Assembly (NCBI GenBank): GCA_002269645.1
Contig: NIVC01002752.1
Location: forward strand, 62,001-126,000
Length of the DNA: 64,000 nucleotides
Direction of reading: 5' to 3'
Source: Macrostomum lignano
Taxonomy: Eukaryota
The first letter of the stretch is position 1, and each line of letters starts with the position of its first letter. The position numbers and the translations under genes are program-made. Shown here one piece after another: positions 53,601-64,000 of the stretch. Below the pieces are notes generated by a model. It was not told the DNA's origin. It saw only the letters and a list, made by a program, of their open reading frames with translations, and searched no databases.

Positions 53601-56600
53601 GTCTCAATGAGAATCGCCCTCCAGTCTCAATGAGAGCCGCCCTCCAGTCTCAATGAGAGCCGCCCTCCAGTCTCAATGAGAATCGCCCTCCAGTCTCAGT
53701 GAGAATCGCCCTCCAGTCTCAATGAGAATCGCCCTCCAGTCTCAATGAGAGTCGCCCTCCAGTCTCAATAAGAGTCGCCCTCCAGTCTCAGTGAGAGTCG
53801 CCCTCCAGTCTCAATGAGAATCGCCCTCCAGTCTCAATGAGAGCCGCCCTCCAGTCTCAATGAGAGCCGCCCTCCAGTCTCAATGAGAATCGCCCTCCAG
53901 TCTCAATGAGAGCCGCCCTCCAGTCTCAATGAGAGCCGCCCTCCAGTCTCAATGAGAATCGCCCTCCAGTCTCAATAAGAGTCGCCCTCCAGTCTCAATG
54001 AGAGTTGCCCTCCAGTCTCAATGAGAGCCGCCCTCCAGTCTCAATGAGAGCCGCCCTCCAGTCTCAATGAGAATCGCCCTCCAGTCTCAATGAGAGCCGC
54101 CCTCCAGTCTCAATGAGAGCCGCCCTCCAGTCTCAATGAGAATCGCCCTCCAGTCTCAATGAGAGCCGCCCTCCAGTCTCAATGAGAGCCGCCCTCCAGT
54201 CTCAATGAGAATCGCCCTCCAGTCTCAGTGAGAATCGCCCTCCAGTCTCAATGAGAATCGCCCTCCAGTCTCAATGAGAGTCGCCCTCCAGTCTCAATAA
54301 GAGTCGCCCTCCAGTCTCAGTGAGAGTCGCCCTCCAGTCTCAATGAGAATCGCCCTCCAGTCTCAATGAGAGCCGCCCTCCAGTCTCAATGAGAGCCGCC
54401 CTCCAGTCTCAATGAGAATCGCCCTCCAGTCTCAATGAGAGCCGCCCTCCAGTCTCAATGAGAGCCGCCCTCCAGTCTCAATGAGAATCGCCCTCCAGTC
54501 TCAATAAGAGTCGCCCTCCAGTCTCAATGAGAGTTGCCCTCCAGTCTCAATGAGAGCCGCCCTCCAGTCTCAATGAGAGCCGCCCTCCAGTCTCAATGAG
54601 AATCGCCCTCCAGTCTCAATGAGAGCCGCCCTCCAGTCTCAATGAGAGCCGCCCTCCAGTCTCAATGAGAATCGCCCTCCAGTCTCAGTGAGAATCGCCC
54701 TCCAGTCTCAATGAGAGTTGCCCTCCGGTCTCAATGAGAGTTGCCCTCCAGTCTCAATAAGAGTCGCCCTCCAGTCTCAGTGAGAGTCGCCCTCCAGTCT
54801 CAATAAGAGTCGCCCTCCAGTCTCAATGAGAATCGCCCTCCAGTCTCAATGAGAATCGCCCTCCAGTCTCAATGAGAATCGCCCTCCAGTCTCAATGAGA
54901 GCCGCCCTCCAGTCTCAATGAGAGCCGCCCTCCAGTCTCAATGAGAATCGCGCTTCAGTCTCAGTGAGAGTCGCCCTCCAGTCTCAATAAGAGTCGCCCT
55001 CCAGTCTCAATGAGAGTTGCCCTCCAGTCTCAATGAGAGCCGCCCTCCAGTCTCAATGAGAGTTGCCCTCCAGTCTCAATGAGAGTTGCCCTCCAGTCTC
55101 AATAAGAGTCGCCCTCCAGTCTCAGTGAGAGTCGCCCTCCAGTCTCAATAAGAGTCGCCCTCCAGTCTCAATGAGAGCCGCCCTCCAGTCTCAATGAGAG
55201 CCGCCCTCCAGTCTCAATGAGAGTTGCCCTCCGGTCTCAATGAGAGTTGCCCTCCAGTCTCAATAAGAGTCGCCCTCCAGTCTCAGTGAGAGTCGCCCTC
55301 CAGTCTCAATGAGAGCCGCCCTCCAGTCTCAATGAGAATCGCCCTCCAGTCTCAATGAGAATCGCCCTCCAGTCTCAATGAGAGCCGCCCTCCAGTCTCA
55401 ATGAGAGCCGCCCTCCAGTCTCAATGAGAATCGCCCTCCAGTCTCAATGAGAATCGCGCTTCAGTTTCGGGCGCACGCATTTGAACTCAGTTAGTGTTAC
55501 AACGAGTTCAGCTTTGACTCAAAGTCATTATTCGCCTTTGACGCAAAATGAAGCCGGAATTAACATTAAATTAAAGGAATTAATCAGTTCATAGAGAAGG
55601 AATAATAATAATGACAGAAAGGGCCCAGAGGCAGAGAGACGAGAGGAGAAAAAACCGGCCAGCGTCCCCAAGAAAAGGAAGACCCAGTTTTAACTAGAAG
55701 TCCCATGGGAAAATCTACCCAAGGGAAGAACCGTACGGAAGGCGACCTACGGCTGTCCATTTTGGCCCAAATCTTCTCATGGCTGCTCAAAGGACTTTAA
55801 GAATATGAATTTTCTGTTTAAGATTGGATTGTGAAGGAATTGGTTTAAAACGTTGGGGAGAAACTGGTTGCAGAATTAGTTGCTGGGGCAATTTAGTTAG
55901 TTGCAAAAGTTCGACGAACATTTTTGTGCCGAAATATTCTTGCATGCTACGAGTAGTGCAGATCACTGCAACCCAAAGTTGTAGCCGCATCTAGAGATCT
56001 AGTTAGATCTAGACGGGATGATAATATTTTGAAGAGATTAGATTAAGAGATCGAGATGGTCGAGAGATTCGGTTTGGGAATAGATTTTGTGAGATCTCGA
56101 GAGCTAGGGGAGAAATTAGATGTGAGAATATTTTTCAATATCTAGAGAGAAAATTGTGAGATTAGATGAAGCGATCTAGTTGCTACAGGAATCAAGCATG
56201 GATGCTGATGCAGCCAGCTGAATAGGCTGCTGCGGGAACAAAAGTGCAGCTTCATTTAGATCCCCACTCGAGCTGCTCTCCCCTCCCCTTCCCAATTCCC
56301 GCGCCCCACCCTCTGACTCAATTTCCCCCTCGCCTGGTCCCGCTCCCAGTTCCAGACGGCCTCTCGTTTGCCCCCCCCCCCACCAGCGCGCCCTCAATTG
56401 ACATTTCAAATCTTTCAAGCCAAGGAGCTCTAGATACAAATATCTGGACTGTGAGCTGTTCAAATGCTTTGTTTAAAGAAACACGAATGCAACTTATTTG
56501 TTTGTCATTTGTCAGCCTTTTCCCCTTAACATCTAAGCGATCGATAATTTACAACTGACCCAACTCCAGAATGCAGAACTGGGGGATCTCCAGCTTGATC

Positions 56601-59174
56601 TGCTGGTCCCAATTTGTAGTCGGCTTGTCCACGCGGATGCAATTCCATTTTCTGTGTCCGCACGCGCTGCTGGGGTTTTTTTAAATCCCCGGGAGGGAGG
56701 AGAAGGGAAGCTGGAAGCTTGCAGCTGGAGAATCCGGTAGGATTATGTCTGATCGGAGGGATCGGGGGGCATGGGATGGGATGGAACATATTCGGGATAT
56801 TAGCTGCAGCGGCCTCGGGATTCAAATGGCAGAGCATCGTGCTGACTGCGGCCCCGTTTGACCCCGGTGGATATGATGGGGAAAAGCCGCTGCCTAATCC
56901 CCGGGAGCTGTAGCTAGCGGCCTTTGAAAATTGACTCTTTCCCCGGCCCCAGACAGCTCGTGAGCATAGCGCAGCCCTCGGTGAATAAAAGCAAGTGCAG
57001 CAGACACCCCCGCAGACAAATCAATTTGGTTTTGAGCTGCCTGCCCTCTGAGCTGCCATGCTCAAGTAGTATTCTCAGAAAGATTATCTCTAGCGGAGAT
57101 GGGACAGCCAGCTGAATTCCAATACATGTGCTGACAAACTTGTTATGTAAATTGATTTTTTACTAAGATTACCTTGCCCAGCTGAGCGAGAGGCAAGTAG
57201 TTTCTATATATAAGAATCTTCTTGCGAAAACAGAGTGTACATGCCCGACGATTAGAAAGTCAGGGGCCGCTGTACACCCCGTGTGAGCGTCTGCATGCCC
57301 ATCGAAATAAGTAAATAGCTGTAAACTAATAAAATTTTGAGTTTAACCAGACATTTGCAAACAAAAATTCAATACTAGTTTATTCTTTCATTTGTTTGTT
57401 TTAAAATGCAAAAATTGTTTGGCGCAAATTTAAAGCTGAATTGCTAGTCGCGTCGAATAAATTACCTATAAGTAATAAATCCATTCTAGTCCAACGGCTT
57501 GGCCCGAGTCGCAGCGTTGCTTAGCAACCAGGCCAGCTCGGAGTCCGTCCGAGCCGAAGCAGCCGGAGTTGTCGCCCAGGTGAGCCAGCCGGGACTGCCG
57601 GGCCGCTGCCAGGACCTCCTGCTGGGCGCACTGGTGCCCGACACCGACAGGCTGATCCGGGCGCTCACCAGTGAGTAAAAGTGCACTGGCAGCATTTTTT
57701 CAAATACGATTTGTGCCGATATGTATCGAAACAAGGAAGAACATTTCGGCACTTTCTGGACAAGAAAGCTTTTTTTCTGTTCATAGCATGGTATATTCTT
57801 TGTGCATCAGAGTAGAAATCTTGATATTGAGCAGTTAGCCACTGCTCAACAATGGCCTCCTATTGATACAACACATGAAGACTTCTAATTAATAATTAAT
57901 CAGATGCCCGGGATAAAACCCATATTATCTAGAATTGCCGTCGTAAATTTCGTGTGGAGAATACTATAATAGTAATAAGATAGTGGATAGGAATATATTG
58001 AAGACTCTTAGCTCTTTAGTTGGAATCGTTGGAACCCTTGCGCTCCTTGTGCAGACGTTCTTGGAGTTCAGTAAGCTGCTTTCAGTGGTCTATAGTAACG
58101 GCGGATCTGTTAATAATAACTGATTACACCTGCCCCAAAGGGCAGATGTGCAACCGACAGCTCAGCCGCAGCTATTGCGTGGCGCATCTGAAGGCTGCGT
58201 ACGGCTGTTCAGTCCAAGGACTGGGGGGTCGCCACCCTCAATTACCCCAGCTAATGCTGGCACCCATTTTACAGCTGGGTGAACTGAAGCAATGTAGAGT
58301 TAAGAGTCTTGCTCAAGGACACAAATTGCTCCGAGTGGATTGAGAATCGAGCCCCGACCTTTCACTCGTTAGTCCGATGCTCTAAACCACTAGGCTACAA
58401 CCCCCTTGGTATTATAATGTTACCCACAGAGACTACTCAAACACTTTGAGTAGTCCCTGGTTACCCGTTGCTAAGCCGTAGCTGCGCGGTAACAGCACAA
58501 CGATTGCTAAGCTGTAACGATTGATAGAATCGCGGATATCATAGCAAAATCGCACATTTACTTTTAACTCTGCCGCAGGACTGTGCCAGCAGACAGCCAG
58601 TCCGGAAGCTTTCCTACTTGGCGCGGCCGCTCTGGCTAACATCAGCCAAGTCAGCCTGGCCAGTCACGATTACATGCGGCGTCATGCTACTGTCCGAGTG
58701 TTGGTGTTGGCATGCCAGCAAGGCAAGGCTAGCAGTGCTCAGGCCCGCGACCAGGTGGCGGCGGTGCTCGCCAACGCGGCATCCATCAGCGGCCAGGCCA
58801 GCGAGCTGACCAGAGCAAATGCGGCCGAACTGTTGCTGCAGTTCCTCAGCGAGCCGTCGCTGTCAGCGGCCTGCGAACAGCTTCAACAGAGAGCAGCTAC
58901 CGCGGTCGGCCGGCTAGCGAAAGATCCTGGCAGCGCGCAGGTTCTGCTAGAGCTGGGCGCGCACAGACGACTCGTGCAGCTCTGTCGCCATCCCGAAGAG
59001 CGGCGTTGCTCCGATTCCGTCCTGCTGGCCGCTCTGGCCGCCCTACGGCTGCTGCACGACGCCTGCGGACCGGCGGCCTTCCGTCGACGCGATCTGGCCG
59101 AATTGGTGCGGCCACGTCTGCTTGGAGCGCTGGCTTCTTGCTCCCAGCTGCAGGAGTCCCTCTGCCACTCCTAG
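44610..59174 (+). CDS. INSC: inscuteable (spindle-orientation adaptor, ARM-repeat protein), 554 aa, 8 coding exons
   Basis: Exons 44610-44865, 45189-45252, 45356-45482, 48576-48631, 52320-52578, 53209-53334, 57490-57670, 58579-59174; all GT-AG, all phases consistent (1665 nt). N-terminal [25 protein letters not shown] matches the LGN/Pins-binding peptide (human SVQRWMEDLKLMTECECMCVLQAK). [85 protein letters not shown] and QES all match recalled INSC. Confidence 0.95.
44880..45170. repeat. 23-bp minisatellite (INSC intron 1)
   Basis: Unit ccacctcatatctactcaactct. Confidence 0.93.
45620..46095. repeat. 18-bp homogeneous minisatellite (INSC intron 3)
   Basis: Unit cattcactctctgtctcc. Confidence 0.96.
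46690..47200. repeat. CT-rich polypyrimidine tract
   Basis: cccctcatcccctctc-type units. Confidence 0.88.
47810..48525. repeat. 22-bp minisatellite
   Basis: Unit gagataatgttagacactcact. Confidence 0.94.
49250..52270. repeat. 22-bp minisatellite, ~130 units (INSC intron 4), each carrying CACCTG
   Basis: Unit cacctgttagacacagacatat, with a tacggaaatat variant and degenerate edges. Confidence 0.97.
52600..53200. repeat. 30-bp minisatellite, ~20 units (INSC intron 5)
   Basis: Unit atgcacctgttctgtgtctctaatctaatc. Confidence 0.96.
53470..55465. repeat. 23-bp minisatellite, ~85 units (INSC intron 6)
   Basis: Unit gagaatcgccctccagtctcaat. Confidence 0.97.
58111..58405 (-). mobile_element. full-length CORE-type tRNA-derived SINE (INSC intron 7)
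   Basis: Minus strand: GGGGGTTGTAGCCTAGTGGTTTAGAGCATCGGACT (A-box), GGCTCGATTC (B-box), TGTGTCCTTGAGCAAGACTCTTAACTCTACATTGCTTCAGTTCACCCAGCTGTAAAATGGG (resembles the MIR CORE domain), then a (TTA)n tail. Confidence 0.85.
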
Positions 59175-59559
59175 CCTTTGACAGCCTGGCAAATTACTTG
59201 TACATTATTATCTGTTTTTTGGATTCCCCGCACGAGCATGGGCGTAGCATAATGAAAGCGTACATGTAAGTGGATCGGACGTATGTACGAATTCCAAATT
59301 TAGTGCAAGTGAAACTATATAATCATTTTGTATAGCATGTATACATGTAGCATGTAGTATTTTTATTTTTTTCATCGAGAGATTCCAGTGTGTGCTCCAT
59401 CGTGTCAACTGTCAAGATATACTCATCCATATTCGCAAGCACGATCTACATGTCCATGAGCTGCATGTAGCTACAACACCTGACCTATTATACTTCAGTC
59501 ATTACCCTGCAGTCATTGCCAAAGCTGTGAATTTTAGCGCGTATAAAGTATTTCTTTTG

Positions 59560-59565
59560 AATAAA
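59560..59565 (+). promoter_or_regulatory. polyadenylation signal of INSC
   Basis: AATAAA ~385 nt after the stop. Confidence 0.5.
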
Positions 59566-60959
59566 GTTGCGATGCACTTTGCGATGCGATTGCAAACGAG
59601 AATTTACAACTTTATGTAAATTCTTTTTTTTTCAACAAAGAAACACTGTAAAAATTACGCGTGATTAATTAAAAGAATGGACGAAACTTTATTTAAATGT
59701 CTTTTCGAACTTCATTTATTATTATAGTTTTTATCAAAAAGTTTGTTGGGACCTTCATAGAGAAAATATAATTAGCCATTATAATTTTCCCAAAAGTTTC
59801 TGGTCTGAAAGTAGCTATAGTCTTCACGAATTAAAGTTATAGTTATGGAAAGCCAACGCCAAAATAACGGAATTTTCTTTACATGGATGAGATGAAGTGG
59901 CCAGAAATTCAAGCAAATTAATTAGGATTATAGTTGTAGTTAGCTAGCTATAAATCTTGCAGAGTTAGCTACATTGTAGCTATTTAAAAGCTTGAATCAT
60001 GCAGTTCGAGATGAACTCCACCAAACTGAGGTGAAGGCCACTTCGGCAAAGTGATTCACTTAGTTAAGTTGTCAAAATTTGATAAACAAATCAAAACAAA
60101 TTCTTCTATAACAAGGTAATTAATTCTCAAAGAAACATATTCAGTAAATTCGTTGAAGTGTTCAGACATTTAGATTCTTCAAGCAATTTTAATATGCATG
60201 TTTCTTAAAGTTAATGGTAAATTTTACTTTTTTCAAAATACGCCAAGGTGCAGCCGAGTTTCGATGTAATGCGCACCTAATGATCTCGCATAGAGAATGG
60301 AAGCCATATTCCGCGATACTTTGAAGCAAGTCGCAGGCTCTAACCATTAAGCTTCTAGCACGCGTACCTTGTGAAGTCTGAGCTCTAGTCCTGTATACTA
60401 AAATCCATATACTAAAAAGCTGAACTAAAAAGGTAAGAAATGAAATGATACATTTCAATAAGTAGACCTACAATACAATACAAGAGACTGTAATGAATTA
60501 AATTCTTGTGGTCATCATTCCAATTCTCCGTAGGGGCCTACTGGAGTTAAGTAAAAGAAATTGAAACAAAGACGCTGCCAGGGCAATCAGGTTTAATATT
60601 TGCGAAGGTTAATAATAATATCTAGGTCAACTGTATATATTATAATATTAATGATCCAGTTACATTAGGTGGCACGCGCTGGCTATAACTATTATATTTT
60701 GGATAATAGTAGTATTGGGATGGGCTAATAATAGCAATAGTAGTTGGATATTAACTATGCTCTAAGTAAACTTAAAATAATGTAATATTCTAGTATAAGT
60801 CCATGTCTATAGTGGGTAGTGTGATTTCTGTGTCTATTATAAAGTGTCTAAAGGTTAGGGCCTACTGGCAGCCACCTGAGAGACCAACTGCACAATGCAC
60901 ACCTAACCAGTTTAAACTTGTTTTACCTTATATTTGCCTACAAAACACTATTTATAACA

Positions 60960-61190
60960 AATAATAATAATATAATATAATAATAATATAATATAATAAT
61001 ATAATAATATAATATAATATAATATAATAATATAATTAATATAATTATATAATTATAAAATTAATTAATTTCTAAATAATAAAATTTTAAATTTTAAATC
61101 TAAAATTTAATTAATTAATTAATTAAATAATAATTATATAATTATATAATTATAATTATACTTAATATAATAATAATTACAATAAGTAAA
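60960..61190. repeat. AT-only low-complexity tract
   Basis: (AAT)/(ATA) repeats. Confidence 0.9.
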
Positions 61191-61517
61191 TAGTTGGTAC
61201 ATTACATTCCTAGAATATGTAACATTAGTATAAATTCTTTAAAAAAGTGACAAAACAAATATAAACACATATTTCATTACATCATCCTCCTCTGCAAAAA
61301 ATTAATGTCCTCATTACCAAAAACATTATAAGACTAAGATTTAAAAAATCATTCAATGTAAGAGTTATAAAGTTTTGATTATTATGAATACCTATGTAGC
61401 CTATTGCCTATTATAGGCCTATAATAGTCTAACCTGGAAAATGAAGGATTGTTATTTATTGGAGGTTGTAGGCCTAGTTATTTTATCAACTGAAACCTTT
61501 AACCTTGCCATATTCAG

Positions 61518-62747
61518 GGTGCCACTGAATTTGTCAACATTTAATTTGTCAACTCTATTGACGAATTCAGCTACCTTAATAGGCATTGTTGACAAATTTG
61601 GTTATCTGAGTAGGCCTGTCCAATATACATGCAGTCTCAAAAATATACCAAAGAAATGAAATTAAAAAAAGATGAAAGCCAATTTCAAAAGTAAAATGAA
61701 GGCAAATGCATGGTTATACAAACCCATGGTTATTTGTGTATTCATTGTTTATGTGAAAATATAAAGTTAAAATTGCAGTTAAAACAAAACGAAAAGAGTT
61801 CTTAGAAATAAGATTATTTTTTAGAAACAAAAAAAGTCCAAAGAAATAAAAAAAACTAAAAATTCAATGCAGCATGCTGCACCTTCGGAGAAACTCCATA
61901 GGTGTCAGCTCCTAATCGTCATACCTGCAGTATAGTGATTTCAATCAATCGTCTATTCGAAGATATTTAGCACGCTTCACTTGGCCATTTTTGCCCTGCA
62001 GAACGAGCTGGGCCTGTACATCTGCCAACAGAGCCTCTCTGTGGAGCAGTACAGTTCAAATAGCACGTACAGCTATAACTGGCCTCTGTAGACTGTAGGT
62101 GCGGGTCTTCAAATGATGGTGCCAGCTTCAACCTCATTGTTTGTTCACGTGCTCCGCTTGTGAATGCTAACATCATCAACACTCCAAATCAAGTGGTCCA
62201 GCCAAGTGGCTTCTGCATATTCATATACCCGGCGCACCTGTAGGTCCTGTGTCAACTGCACTAAATAGCCAAATGTTGCGCATGGCATTGCCAGGCAAAA
62301 AAGGCAGGGATATCAGCTGCTTTAGCGAGTCCTTTACTGCCTGGTCAGTTGAAAATGCCTGTTAATCCATTTTAATTACGCTGTACAAAACGTACAAAAG
62401 TACAAAATGAAGGGAGAGAGAGAAAAAATAGGCACGGCATTGCTCACAAAACTCAATCAGCTCACGCTCTATCCCATTGCCAGCTAGTTGCACATTCAAG
62501 TTGGGTTTGTGTATTGTGATGTACAAAGGCTCTTCAATCTTCTAAATATACTATCTTTCTATATACTAAATCTTTAAATTTAAAAGAAATTTACATTATT
62601 GAGATACAAAACAACTTTTAGTAATTCTGCCTCATTTTTTTGATGAATTTTCTCAGCTTGTTTTAACTGTTGATGAATTCAACTTCCTCTAATTTCTCAA
62701 ATTTTAGGTCTATTGACGAATTAGATGTTGACAAATTCGGTGTAACC
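61518..62747 (-). mobile_element. internally deleted Mutator-like (MULE) DNA transposon with transposase remnant
   Basis: TIRs ggtgccactgaatttgtcaacatttaatttgtcaa / ggttacaccgaatttgtcaacatctaattcgtcaa. 10-bp direct repeat CCATATTCAG at 61508-61517 and 62748-62757. Minus-strand remnant 61864-62345 reads LKQLISLPFLP...YEYAEATWL...*TNNEVE/WHHHL...LHREALLADVQAQLV with stops and frameshifts (MULE RTNNxxEGWH motif). Confidence 0.85.
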
Positions 62748-63099
62748 CCATATTCAGGCTCTAAGGGGGGGCTAGATTTGAAGTTGTCAAAGTAGCTGGC
62801 TTTATCATGGCTATTTTATCAATTACAGACCTTTAGTAGGGCCTAAACCAAGCTATTAAAACCTGCTCAATTTCAATTGGATTAAAGTCATTTTGGTGAC
62901 AAGATGTTTTGGTGATAGTCCTTTTGGTGACAAGCAAAAGTCATCAAAAAGTCACCAGCTTATTCTTGCTGATGACAAAAAATATCCTTTTAGTGATATC
63001 CATTCTATTCTTTGTGCCATATACTAGCACTTAGGGTTGTCAAATTTGAAAAACAAAGTTAAAACTATTTATAAATTTATTGTTATTCTTGGATTCAAT

Positions 63100-63720
63100 C
63101 ATTTACAATGACATGAGAAGACAGGAGGGAGTACTTGTAGAGCCAAAAGACAAGGGATAAGAGAGTAGAGATGAAGGAGGAGAGAGAAGCAAGATGAGAG
63201 GACAGAGGAGAGAGAAGAGAGAGGAGAGGAGAAAAGAGGGGAGAGAGAAGAGGAGAGAAAAGGGGAGAGAGGAGAGAGGGATAAAAGAGAGAGAAGAGGG
63301 CACATTCAATCTCAGGCCTTGACACAGTAGAAAAGACTGAAAAAAAAGTCAATTTAGTTGGATTGCTGATATTTCAAATTAGATAAATTCTTTGTCAGGG
63401 CTGGAAGCAAGTAAAATTTATTTGGCACAAATTGCCATCAATATATAATGGCGATATCAATAAATGGGTGTGCTCAAACACTTAAAACTGTTTGCATGGC
63501 CAAACATTAAAACGAGTCTGAGACTGAGAGATGAGATGAATGGGAAAGAGAGGAGAGAGTAGGGAGGAGAGATGAAAGAGTAGAGAGGAGAATGTAGTGA
63601 GAAGAAAGAAGAGAGGAGATATAGGAGCAAAGAAAGATGAGAGATGATAGATGATAAATAAAAGCAGAGAGAAGAGAGGAGAGATTAGAGATGAGAGACC
63701 AAAGAGGAGAGAGGAGACAT
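63100..63720. repeat. two GA-rich tracts
   Basis: Direct inspection (63100-63300, 63520-63720). Confidence 0.85.
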
Positions 63721-63771
63721 GAAAGAGTCTCAGTCTGAGCAATGGCAATGGCAGGAGGTGCTGCTACTTAC

Positions 63772-64000
63772 GTTGCAGGCACCCTACCGGCGGGGACAGG
63801 CGAGGACTCGGCGCTACGTCGACTGTCTGCTGGCTGACGCCGGCGCCCCGGACTCTGCCGGCGGTGCGGCCTTTGTTCGCACCCAAGCTTCGAAGCGAGC
63901 CATCTGACGCTGCTTTTGCGAACTGACAGCGTACTCTGTTGTTGTTGTTGTTGGGCCTGATCCATGCTGACATAGGGGCCCTTGGCCGGATGTCGCACCG
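63772..64000 (-). CDS. exon of a gene continuing beyond the window edge; frame uncertain
   Basis: GC-rich island with a strong donor caac|gtaagt at 63771. One frame (...QKQRQMARFEAWVRTKAAPPAESG...ST*, stop 63814) looks like a C-terminus; the other two frames are open to the donor. Confidence 0.35.

Noticed and set aside
49250-55465. CRISPR-like appearance of regularly spaced 22-30-bp repeats
   Set aside because: Units are contiguous with no unique spacers, there are no cas genes, and the context is eukaryotic.
59260-59470. Recurrent TACATGTA/CATGTA palindromes
   Set aside because: It is a common short word in AT-rich invertebrate DNA, with no positional pattern here.

Overview
Animal (metazoan) genomic DNA: GC-rich spliced exons separated by introns filled with tandem repeats (about 28 kb, ~45% of the window, by hand tally). 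Four genes can be rebuilt with consistent splice phases. These are RPL27 (+, 65-505), a PLEKHG5-like DH-PH RhoGEF (-, core 2378-12912, probable 5' extension to ~25.1 kb), a secreted, probably GPI-anchored serine beta-lactamase/PBP-family protein (-, 28803-33231, one frameshift) and inscuteable (+, 44610-59174). Mobile elements: two copies of a MITE with 8-bp TSDs, two CORE-type tRNA-SINEs, a 5'-truncated LINE with an (AAC)n tail and a deleted MULE with TIRs and TSD. Nearly all long ORFs in the supplied track are artefacts of the satellites. The most interesting signals are: an inverted minisatellite pair (93 nt perfect match) bracketing one exon of the beta-lactamase-like gene; a ~3 kb array of Snail-type CACCTG E-boxes inside inscuteable; and satellites built from splice-signal motifs. 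The style suggests a free-living flatworm such as Macrostomum, but that is inference. All family assignments come from recalled sequences and motifs; no database search was run. Repeat boundaries are approximate.
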